Origin: the human T2T-CHM13v2.0 reference genome, Homo sapiens
Length of the DNA stretch: 64,000 nt
Reading direction: 5' to 3' (one strand)
Assembly: GCF_009914755.1 (NCBI RefSeq)
Contig: NC_060935.1
Position numbers and translations under genes: made by a program. The notes under the pieces are model-generated. The model was not told where the DNA came from and did not search any database. It was given only the letters and a program-made list of their open reading frames with translations. Shown here one piece after another: positions 53,044 through 64,000 of this stretch (position 1 is the stretch's first letter; the number at the start of each line of letters is the position of its first letter).

Positions 53044-56000
53044 CATTCTCACAAACTGCTTTGTGATGTTTGTGTTCCACTTCAGGAATTGAACTTTCCT
53101 CTTGACAGAGCAGCTCTGAAACCCTCTTATTCTAGAATCTGCAAGTGGACATTTGGAGGGCTTTGAGGCCTATGGTGGAAAAGGAAAATCTTCACATAAA
53201 AACTAGATGGAAGCATTCTCAGAAACTACTTTGTGATGATTGAATTCGACTCACAGAGTTGAACATTCGTATAGATAGAGCAGGTTGTAAACAATCTTTT
53301 TGTAGAATCTGCGATTGGAGATTTGGACTGCTTTGAGGCCTACTGTAGTAAAGGAAATAACTTCATCTAAAAACCAAACGGAAGCATTCACAGACAATTC
53401 TTAGTGATCATTGGATTGAACTAACAGAGCTGAACATTCCTTTAGATGGCGCAGTTTCCAAACACACTTTCTGTAGAATCTGCAAGTGGATATTTGGACT
53501 TCTCTGAGGATTTCGTTGGAAACGGGATAAACTTCCCAGAACTACACGGAAGCATTGTGAGAAACTTCTTTGTGATGTTTGCATTCAACTCACAGAGTTG
53601 AACCTTGCTTTCATAGTTCAGCTTTCAAACACTCTTTTTGTAGAATCTGCAAGTGGATATTTGGACCACTTTGTGGCCTTCCTTCGAAACGGGTATATCT
53701 TCACATCAAACCTAGACATAAGCATTCTCAGAATGTTTCCTGTGAAGACTGCATTCAACTCACAGAGATGAACAATCCTGTTGATGGAGCACTTTGGAAA
53801 ATGTTTCTTTGGATTCTGCAAGTTGATATGTGGACCTCTGTGAAGATTTCGTTGGAAACGGGTTCATCTTCACAGAAAAACTAAACAGAAGCATTCTCAA
53901 AACCTACTTTGTGATGTTTGTGTTCCACTTCAAAAATTGAACTTTCCTCTTGACAGAGCAGCTCTGAAAACCTCTTTTTCTAGAATCTGCAAGTGGACAT
54001 TTGGAGGGCTTTGAGGCCTGTGGTTGAAAAGGAAAATCTTCACATAAAAACTAGATGGAAGCATTCTCAGAAACTACTTTGTGATGATTGCATTCGACTC
54101 ACAGAGTTGAACATTCCTATAGATAGAGCAGGTTGTAAACAATCTTTTTGTAGAATCTGCGATTGGAGATTCGGACTGCTTTGAGGCCTACTGTAGTAAA
54201 GGAAATAACTTCATCTAAAAACCAAACGGAAGCATTCACAGACAATTCTTAGTGATCATTGCATTGAACTAACAGAGCTGAACATTCCTTTAGATGGCGC
54301 AGTTTCCAAACACACTTTCTGTAGAATCTGCAAGTGGATATTTGGACCTCTCTGAGGATTTCGTTGGAAAAGGGATAAACTTCCCAGAACTACACGGAAG
54401 CATGCTGAGAAACTTCTTTGTGATGTTTGCATTCAACTCACAGAGTTGAACCTTGCTTTCATAGTTCAGCTTTCAAACACTCTTTTTGTAGAATCTGCAA
54501 GTGGATATTTGGACCACTTTGTGGCCTTCCTTCGAAACGGGTATATGTTCACATCAAACCTAGACAGAAGCATTCTCAGAATGTTTCCTGTGATGACTGC
54601 ATTCAACTCACAGAGGTGAACAATCCTGCTGATGGAGCAGTTTTGAAACTCTCTTTCTTTGGATTCTGCAAGTGGATATGTGGACCTCTGTGAAGATTTC
54701 GTTGGAAACGGGTTCATCTTCACAGAAAAACTAAACAGAAGCATTCTCAGAAACTGCTTTGTGATGTTTGTGTTCCACTTCAGGAATTGAACTTTCCTCT
54801 TGACAGAGCAGCTCTGAAACCCTCTTATTCTAGAATCTGCAAGTGGACATTTGGAGGGCTTTGAGGCCTGTGGTGGAAAAGGAAAATCTTCACATAAAAA
54901 CTAGATGGAAGCATTCTCAGAAACTACTTTGTGATGATTGCATTCGACTCACAGAGTTGAACATTCCTATAGATAGAGCAGGTTGTAAACAATCTTTTTG
55001 TAGAATCTGCGATTGGAGATTTGGACTGCTTTGAGGCCAACTGTAGTAAAGGAAATAACTTCATCTTAAAACCAAACGGAAGCATTCACAGACAATTCTT
55101 AGTGATCATTGCATTGAACTAACAGAGCTGAACATTCCTTTAGATGGCGCAGTTTCCAAACACACTTTCTGTAGAATCTGCAAGTGGATATTTGGACCTC
55201 TCTGAGGATTTCGTTGGAAACGGGATAAACTTCCCAGAACTACACGGAAGCATTCTGAGAAACTTCTTTGTGATGTTTGCATTCAACTCACAGAGTTGAA
55301 CCTTGCTTTCATAGTTCAGCTTTCAAACCCTGTTTTTGTAGAATCTGCAAGTGGATATTTGGACCACTTTGTGGCCTTCCTTCGAAACGGATATATCTTC
55401 ACATCAAACCTAGACAGAAGCATTCTCAGAATGTTTCCTGTGATGACTGCATTCAACTCACAGAGGTGAACAATCCTGCTGATGGAGCAGTTTTGAAACT
55501 CTCTTTCTTTGGATTCTGCAAGTGGATATGTGGACCTCTGTGAAGATTTCGTTGGAAACGGGTTCATCTTCACAGAAAAACTAAACAGAAGCATTCTCAG
55601 AAACTGCTTTGTGATGTTTGTGTTCCACTTCAGGAATTGAACTTTCCTCTTGACAGAGCAGCTCTGAAACCCTCTTATTCTAGAATCTGCAAGTGGACAT
55701 TTGGAGGGCTTTGAGGCCTGTGGTGGAAAAGGAAAATCTTCACATAAAAACTAGATGGAAGCATTCTCAGAAACTACTTTGTGATGATTGCATTCGACTC
55801 ACAGAGTTGAACATTCCTATAGATAGAGCAGGTTGTAAACAATCTTTTTGTAGAATCTGCGATTGGAGATTTGGACTGCTTTGAGGCCTACTGTAGTAAA
55901 GGAAATAACTTCATCTAAAAACCAAACGGAAGCATTCACAGACAATTCTCAGTGATCATTGGATTGAACTAACAGAGCTGAACATTCCTTTAGATGGAGC

Positions 56001-57899
56001 AGTTTCCAAACACACTTTCTGTAGAATCTGCAAGTGGATATTTGGACTTCTCTGAGAATTTCGTTGGAAACGGGATAAACTTCCCAGAACTACACGGAAG
56101 CATTGTGAGAAACTTCTTTGTGATGTTTGCATTCAACTCACAGAGTTGAACCTTGCTTTCATAGTTCAGCTTTCAAACACTCTTTTTGTAGAATCTGCAA
56201 GTGGATATTTGGACCATTTTGTGGCCTTCTTTCGAAACGGGTATATCTTCACATCAAACCTAGACAGAAGCATTCTCAGAATGTTTCCTGTGATGACTGC
56301 ATTCAACTCACAGAGGTGAACAATCCTGCTGATGGAGCAGTTTTGAAACTCTCTTTCTTTGGATTCTGCAAGTGGATATGTGGACCTCTGTGAAGATTTC
56401 GTTGGAAACGGGTTCATCTTCACAGAAAAACTAAACAGGAGCATTCTCAGAAACTGCTTTGTGATGTTTGTGTTCCACTTAAAGAATTGAACTTTCCTCT
56501 TGACAGAGCAGCTCTGAAACCCTCTTTTTCTAGAATCTGCAAGTGGACATTTGGAGGGCTTTGAGGCCTGTGGTGGAAAAGGAAAATCGTCACATATAAA
56601 CTTTATGGAAGCATTCTCAGAAACTTCTTTGTGATGATTGCATTCGACTCACAGAGTTGAACATTCCTATAGATAGAGCAGGTTGTAAACAATCTTTTTG
56701 TAGAATCTGCGATTGGAGATTTGGACTGCTTTGAGGCCTACTGTAGTAAAGGAAATTACTTCATCTAAAAACCGAACGGAAGCATTCACAGACAATTCTT
56801 AGTTATCATTGCATTGAACTAACAGAGCTGAACATTCCTTTAGATGGAGCAGTTTCCAAACCCACTTTCTGTAGAATCTGCAAGTGGATATTTGGACTTC
56901 TCTGAGGATTTCGTTGGAAAAGGGATAAACTTCCCAGAACTACACGGAAGCATTGTGAGAAACTTCTTTGTGATGTTTGCATTCAACTCACAGAGTTGAA
57001 CCTTGCTTTCATAGTTCAGCTTTCAAACACTCTTTTTGTAGAATCTGCAAGTGGATATTTGGACCACTTTGTGGCCTTCCTTCGAAACGGGTATATCTTC
57101 ACATCAAACCTAGACAGAAGCATTCTCAGAATGTTTCCTGTGATGACTGCATTCAACTCACAGAGTTGAATAATCCTGTTGATGGAGCACTTTTGAAACT
57201 CTCTTTCTTTGGATTCTGCAAGTTGATATGTGGACCTCTGTGAAGATTTCGTTGGAAACGGGTTCATCTTCACAGAAAAACTAAACAGAAGCATTCTCAG
57301 AAACTACTTTGTGATGTTTTTGTTCCACTTCAAGAACTGAACTTTCCTCTTGACAGAGCAGCTCTGAAACCCTCTTTTTCTAGAATCTGCAAGTGGACAT
57401 TTGGAGGGCTTTGAGGCCTGTGGTGCAAAAGGAAAATCTTCACATAAAAACTAGATGGAAGCATTCTCAGAAACTACTTTGTGATGATTGCATTCGACTC
57501 ACAGAGTTGAACATTCCTATAGATAGAGCAGGTTGTAAACAATCTTTTTGTAGTATCTGCGATTGGAGATTTGGACTGCTTTGAGGCCTACTGTAGTAAA
57601 GGAAATAACTTCATCTAAAAACCAAACGGAAGCATTCACAGACAATTCTTAGTGATCATTGCATTGAGCTAACAGAGGTGAACATTCCTTTAGATGGCGC
57701 AGTTTCCAAACACACTTTCTGTAGAATCTGCAAGTGGATATTTGGACTTCTCTGAGGATTTCGTTGGAAACGGGATAAACTTCCCAGAACTACACGGAAG
57801 CATTGTGAGAAAATTCTTTGTGATGTTTGCATTCAACTCACAGAGTTGAACCTTGCTTTCATAGTTCAGCTTTCAAACACTCTTTTTGTAGAATCTGCA

Positions 57900-60800
57900 A
57901 GTGGATATTTGGACCACTTTGTGGCCTTCCTTCGAAACGGGTATATCTTCACATCAAACCTAGACAGAAGCATTCTCAGAATGTTTCCTGTGATGACTGC
58001 ATTCAACTCACAGAGGTGAACAATCCTGCTGATGGAGCAGTTTCGAAACTCTCTTTCTTTGGATTCTGCAAGTGGATATGTGGACCTCTGTGAAGATTTC
58101 GTTGGAAACGGGTTCATCTTCACAGAAAAACTAAACAGGAGCATTCTCAGAAACTGCTTTGTGATGTTTGTGTTCCACTTCAAGAATTGAACTTTCCTCT
58201 TGACAGAGCAGCTCTGAAACCCTCTTTTTCTAGAATCTGCAAGTGGACATTTGGAGGGCTTTGAGGCCTGTGGTGGAAAAGGAAAATCTTCACATAAAAA
58301 CTAGATGGAAGCATTCTCAGAAACTACTTTGTGATGATTGCATTCGACTCACAGAGTTGAACATTCCTATAGATAGAGCAGGTTGTAAACAATCTTTCTG
58401 TAGAATCTGCGATTGGAGATTTGGACTGCTTTGAGGCCTACTGTAGTAAAGGAAATAACTTCATCTAAAAACCAAACGGAAGCATTCACAGACAATTCTT
58501 AGTGATCATTGGATTGAACTAACAGAGCTGAACATTCCTTTAGATGGAGCAGTTTCCAAACACACTTTCTGTAGAATCTGCAAGTGGATATTTGGACTTC
58601 TCTGAGGATTTCGTTGGAAACGGGATAAACTTCCCAGAACTACACGGAAGCATTGTGAGAAACTTCTTTGTGATGTTTGCATTCAACTCACAGAGTTGAA
58701 CCTTGCTTTCATAGTTCAGCTTTCAAACACTCTTTTTGTAGAATCTGCAAGTGGATATTTGGACCACTTTGTGGCCTTCCTTCGAAACGGGTATATCTTC
58801 ACATCAAACCTAGACAGAAGCATTCTCAGAATGTTTCCTGTGATGACTGCATTCAACTCACAGAGGTGAACAATCCTGCTGATGGAGCAGTTTTGAAACT
58901 CTCTTTCTTTGGATTCTGCAAGTGGATATGTGGACCTCTGTGAAGATTTCGTTGGAAACGGGTTCATCTTCACAGAAAAACTAAACAGGAGCATTCTCAG
59001 AAACTGCTTTGTGATGTTTGTGTTCCACTTCAAGAATTGAACTTTCCTCTTGACAGAACAGCTCTGAAACCCTCTTTTTCTAGAATCTGCAAGTGGACAT
59101 TTGGAGGGCTTTGAGGCCTGTGGTGGAAAAGGAAAATCTTCACATAAAAACTAGATGGAAGCATTCTCAGAAACTACTTTGTGATGATTGCATTCGACTC
59201 ACAGAGTTGAACATTCCTATAGATAGAGCAGGTTGTAAACAATCTTTTTGTAGAATCTGCGATTGGAGATTTGGACTGCTTTGAGGCCTACTGTAGTAAA
59301 GGAAATAACTTCATCTAAAAACCAAACGGAAGCATTCACAGACAATTCTTAGTGATCATTGCATTGAACTAACAGAGCTGAACATTCCTTTAGATGGCGC
59401 AGTTTCCAAACACACTTTCTGTAGAATCTGCAAGTGGATATTTGGACCTCTCTGAGGATTTCGTTGGAAACGGGATAAACTTCCCAGAACTACACGGAAG
59501 CATTGTGAGAAACTTCTTTGTGATGTTTGCATTCAACTCACAGAGTTGAACCTTGCTTTCATAGTTCAGCTTTCAAACACTCTTTTTGTAGAATCTGCAA
59601 GTGGATATTTGGACCACTTTGTGGCCTTCCTTCGAAACGGGTATATCTTCACATCAAACCTAGTCAGAAGCATTCTCAGAATGTTTCCTGTGATGACTGC
59701 ATTCAACTCACAGAGGTGAACAATCCTGCTGATGGAGCAGTTTTGAAACTCTCTTTCTTTGGATTCTGCAAGTGGATATGTGGACCTCTGTGAAGATTTC
59801 GTTGGAAACGGGTTCATCTTCACAGAAAAACTAAACAGGAGCATTCTCAGAAACTGCTTTGTGATGTTTGTGTTCCACTTAAAGAATTGAACTTTCCTCT
59901 TGACAGAGCAGCTCTGAAACCCTCTTTTTCTAGAATCTGCAAGTGGACATTTGGAGGGCTTTGAGGCCTGTGGTGGAAAAGGAAAATCGTCACATAAAAA
60001 CTTTATGGAAGCATTCTCAGAAACTTCTTTGTGATGATTGCATTCGACTCACAGAGTTGAGCATTCCTATAGATAGAGCAGGTTGTAAACAATCTTTTTG
60101 TAGAATCTGCGATTGGAGATTTGGACTGCTTTGAGGCCTGCTGTAGTAAAGGAAATTACTTCATCTAAAAACCAAACGGAAGCATTCACAGACAATTCTT
60201 AGTGATCATTGCATTGAACTAACAGAGCTGAACATTCCTTTAGATGGAGCAGTTTCCAAACCCACTTTCTGTAGAATCTGCAAGTGGATATTTGGACTTC
60301 TCTGAGGATTTCGTTGGAAACGGGATAAACTTCCCAGAACTACACGGAAGCATTCTGAGAAACTTCTTTGTGATGTTTGCATTCAACTCACAGAGTTGAA
60401 CCTTGCTTTCATAGTTCAGCTTTCAAACACTCTTTTTGTAGAATCTGCAAGTGGATATTTGGACCACTTTGTGGCCTTCCTTCGAAACGGGTATATCTTC
60501 ACATCAAACCTAGACAGAAGCATTCTCAGAATGTTTCCTTTGATGACTGCATTCAACTCACAGAGGTGAATAATCCTGTTGATGGAGCACTTTTGAAACT
60601 CTCTTTCTTTGGATTCTGCAAGTTGATATGTGGACCTCTGTGAAGATTTCGTTGGAAACGGGTTCATCTTCACAGAAAAACTAAACAGAAGCATTCTCAG
60701 AAACTACTTTGTGATGTTTTTGTTCCACTTCAAGAATTGAACTTTCCTCTTGACAGAGCAGCTCTGAAACCCTCTTTTTCTAGAATCTGCAAGTGGACAT

Positions 60801-62550
60801 TTGGAGCGCTTTGAGGCCTGTGGTGGAAAAGGAAAATCTTCACATAAAAACTAGATGGAAGCATTCTCAGAAACTACTTTGTGATGATTGCATTCGACTC
60901 ACAGAGTTGAACATTCCTATAGATAGAGCAGGTTGTAAACAATCTTTTTGTAGAATCTGCGATTGGAGATTTGGACTGCTTTGAGGCCTACTGTAGTAAA
61001 GGAAATAACTTCATCTAAAAACCAAACGGAAGCATTCACAGACAATTCTTAGTGATCATTGAATTGAACTAACAGAGGTGAACATTCCTTTAGATGGCGC
61101 AGTTTCCAAACACACTTTCTGTAGAATCTGCAAGTGTATATTTGGACTTCTCTGAGGATTTCTTTGGAAACGGGATAAACTTCCCAGAACTACACGGAAG
61201 CATTGTGAGAAAATTCTTTGTGATGTTTGCATTCAACTCACAGAGTTGAACATTGCTTTCATAGTTCAGCTTTCAAACACTCTTTTTGTAGAATCTGCAA
61301 GTGGATATTTGGACCACTTTGTGGCCTTCCTTCGAAACGGGTATATCTTCACATCAAACATAGACAGAAGCATTCTCAGAATGTTTCCTGTGATGACTGC
61401 ATTCAACTCACAGAGGTGAACAATCCTGCTGATGGAGCAGTTTTGAAACTCTCTTTCTTTGGATTCTGCAAGTGGATATGTGGACCTCTGTGAAGATTTC
61501 GTTGGAAACGGGTTCATCTTCACAGAAAAACTAAACAGGAGCATTCTCAGAAACTGCTTTGTGATGTTTGTGTTCCACTTAAAGAATTGAACTTTCCTCT
61601 TGACAGAGCAGCTCTGAAACCCTCTTTTTCTAGAATCTGCAAGTGGACATTTGGAGGGCTTTGAGGCCTGTGGTGGAAAAGGAAAATCTTCACATAAAAA
61701 CTAGATGGAAGCATTCTCAGAAACTTCTTTGTGATGATTGCATTCGACTCACAGAGCTGAACATTCCTATAGATAGAGCAGGTTGTAAACAATCTTTTTG
61801 TAGAGTCTGCGATTGGAGATTTGGACTGCTTTGAGGCCTACTGTAGTAAAGGAAATTACTTCATCTAAAAACCAAACGGAAGCATTCACAGACAATTCTT
61901 AGTGATCATTGGATTGAACTAACAGAGCTGAACATTCCTTTAGATGGAGCAGTTTCCAAACCCACTTTCTGTAGAATCTGCAAGTGGATATTTGGACTTC
62001 TCTGAGGATTTCGTTGGAAAGGGGATAAACTTCCCAGAACTACACGGAAGCATTGTGAGAAACTTCTTTGTGATGTTTGCATTCAACTCACAGAGTTGAA
62101 CCTTGCTTTCATAGTTCAGCTTTCAAACACTCTTTTTGTAGAATCTGCAAGTGGATATTTGGACCACTTTGTGGCCTTCCTTCGAAACGGGTATATCTTC
62201 CCATCAAACCTAGACAGAAGCATTCTCAGAATGTTTCCTGTGATGACTGCATTCAACTCACAGAGGTGAACAATCCTGTTGATGGAGCACTTTTGAAACT
62301 CTCTTTCTTTGGATTCTGCAATTTGATTTGTGGACCTCTGTGAAGATTTCGTTGGAAACGGGTTCATCTTCACAGAAAAACTAAACAGAAGCATTCTCAG
62401 AAACTACTTTGTGATGTTTGTGTTCCACTTCAAGAATTGAACTTTCCTCTTGACAGAGCAGCTCTGAAACCCTCTTTTTCTAGAATCTGCAAGTAGACAT
62501 TTGGAGGGCTTTGTGGCCTGTGGTGGAAAAGGAAAATCTTCACATAAAAA
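57900..62550 (+). repeat. Dispersed copy of the ~35.5-40.1 kb HOR block (offset 22434-22436)
   Basis: Private variants appear in the same order: CCTAGTCAG, AATCGTCAC + GTTGAGCATT, TTCCTTTGAT, AGTGTATATT + box TTCT, TAGAGTCTG, box GGAAAGGGGA, GCAATTTGATTTG and GCTTTGTGGC. Confidence 0.88.
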
Positions 62551-64000
62551 CTAGATGGAAGCATTCTCAGAAACTACTTTGTGATGATTGCATTCGACTC
62601 ACAGAGTTGAACATTCCTATAGATAGAGCAGGTTGTAAACAATCTTTTTGTAGAATCTGCGATTGGAGATTTGGACTGCTTTGAGGCCTACTGTAGTAAA
62701 GGAAATAACTTCATCTAAAAACCAAACGGAAGCATTCACAGACAATTCTTAGTGATCATTGGATTGAACTAACAGAGCTGAACATTCCTTTAGATGGCGC
62801 AGTTTCCAAACACACTTTCTGTAGAATCCGCAAGTGGATATTTGGACCTCTCTGAGGATTTCGTTGGAAACGGGATAAACTTCCCAGAACTACACGGAAG
62901 CATTCTGAGAAACTTCTTTGTGATGTTTGCATTCAACTCACAGAGTTGAACCTTGCTTTCATAGTTCAGCTTTCAAACACTCTTTTTGTAGAATATGCAA
63001 GTGGATATTTGGACCACTTTGTGGCCTTCCTTCCAAACGGGTATATCTTCACATCAAACCTAGACAGAAGCATTCTCAGAATGTTTCCTGTGATGACTGC
63101 ATTCAACCCACAGAGGTGAACAATCCTGCTGATGGAGCAGATTTGAAACTCTCTTTCTTTGGATTCTGCAAGTGGATATGTGGACCTCTGTGAAGATTTC
63201 GTTGGAAACGGGTTCATCTTCACAGAAAAACTAAACAGGAGCATTCTCAGAAACTGCTTTGTGATGTTTGTGTTCCACTTCAGGAATTGAACTTTCCTCT
63301 TGACAGAGCAGCTCTGAAACCCTCTTTTTCTAGAATCTGCAAGTGGACATTTGGAGGGCTTTGAGGCCTGTGGTGGAAAAGGAAAATCTTCACATAAAAA
63401 CTAGATGGAAGCATTCTCAGAAACTACTTTGTGATGATTGCATTCGACTCACAGAGTTGAACATTAATATAGATAGAGCAGGTTGTAAACAATCTTTTTG
63501 TAGAATCTGCGATTGGAGATTTGGACTGCTTTGAGGCCTACTGTAGTAAAGGAAATAACTTCATCTAAAAACCAAACGGAAGCATTCACAGACAATTCTT
63601 AGTGATCATTGGATTGAACTAACAGAGCTGAACATTCCTTTAGATGGCGCAGTTTCCAAACACACTTTCTGTAGAATCTGCAAGTGGATATTTGGACCTC
63701 TCTGAGGATTTCGTTGGAAACGGGATAAACTTCCCAGAACTACACGGAAGCATTCTGAGAAACTTCTTTGTGATGTTTGCATTCAACTCACAGAGTTGAA
63801 ACTTGCTTTCATAGTTCAGCTTTCAAACACTCTTTTTGTAGAATCTGCAAGTGGTTATTTGGACCACTTTGTGGCCTTCCTTCCAAACGGGTATATCTTC
63901 ACATCAAACCTAGACAGAAGCATTCTCAGAATGTTTCCTGTGATGACTGCATTCAACTCACAGAGGTGAACAATCCTGCTGATGGAGCAGTTTTGAAACT

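Larger units (their letters stand above)
49280..54540 (+). repeat. Tandem super-repeat of 14 monomers (848+680+850), period 2378 bp
   Basis: ORF pairs 49671/52049, 50351/52729, 51201/53579 and 51615/53993 match. Shared markers are a 2-bp deletion (~51421/53800), AAAACCTACT, TTCAAAAATT and TGTGGTTGAA. Confidence 0.85.
1..64000 (+). repeat. D11Z1: Centromeric alpha-satellite higher-order repeat array, 850-bp pentamer (SF3, W1-W5); most likely human chr11 D11Z1 / S3C11H1L
   Basis: There is ~170-bp monomer periodicity with hallmark alphoid motifs (CATTCTCAGAAACT, TTTGTGATG, GCATTCAACTCACAGAG, GAATCTGCAAGTGGATATTTGG, CENP-B boxes). Near-identical units repeat every 850 bp (ORF starts 116, 966, 1816 ...). 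An XbaI site TCTAGA occurs once in most units (e.g. 102-107). Established knowledge: among SF3 arrays the plain 5-mer 850-bp XbaI HOR is D11Z1, whereas DXZ1 is a 12-mer and D17Z1 a 16-mer. Alpha-satellite identity is near certain; the chromosome assignment is from recall. Confidence 0.9.

Noticed and set aside
116-63534. About 220 short ORFs (60-145 aa) recurring on both strands, including Cys/His-rich-looking peptides
   Set aside because: They recur with the 850-bp period, overlap on opposite strands and mostly start at TTG/GTG. They gain stops and frameshifts freely and resemble no protein family I recognise. They are translation by-products of alpha satellite.
1-64000. CRISPR-like array or a novel repeat-spacer system
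   Set aside because: There are no unique spacers and no cas-like genes. All sequence between conserved motifs is itself repeated alphoid monomer.
1-64000. L1/Alu/LTR insertion or strand inversion
   Set aside because: Monomer orientation is constant and the HOR phase is fully explained by the listed indels. I saw no poly-A tails, target-site duplications or non-alphoid sequence.
1-64000. Assignment to DXZ1, D17Z1 or the chr1 SF3 array
   Set aside because: Those have 12-, 16- and 11-monomer HORs. Here adjacent pentamers are near-identical, so the HOR is the 5-mer itself.

Overview
The whole 64 kb window is one uninterrupted, single-orientation array of primate centromeric alpha satellite. It holds about 376 monomers of ~170 bp, organised into about 76 copies of an 850-bp pentameric higher-order repeat (HOR). 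The monomer order is two A-type monomers followed by three B-type monomers, with two intact CENP-B boxes, one degenerate box and a typical XbaI site per unit. This matches suprachromosomal family 3 (W1-W5) and most likely the human chromosome 11 active array D11Z1 (S3C11H1L); that assignment is from recognition, not a database search. I found no genes, RNA genes, transposon insertions, inversions or CRISPR arrays, and all ORFs in the track are by-products of the repeat. I found no new gene system. The informative signal is the variant structure, read by eye. It includes nested recent tandem amplifications (periods 4250, 4247, 3230, 2378 and 850 bp), dispersed duplications (offsets ~7.65, ~22.4 and ~27.5 kb) and three 680-bp 4-mer HORs sharing one junction. 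It also includes a ~1.7 kb patch with no intact CENP-B box, different box-mutation spectra in W1 and W3, and many variants that copy the base of another monomer type. The net indel count (-13 bp plus 3 x 170 bp) exactly explains the phase drift of the ORF track, so no large hidden insertion is present.
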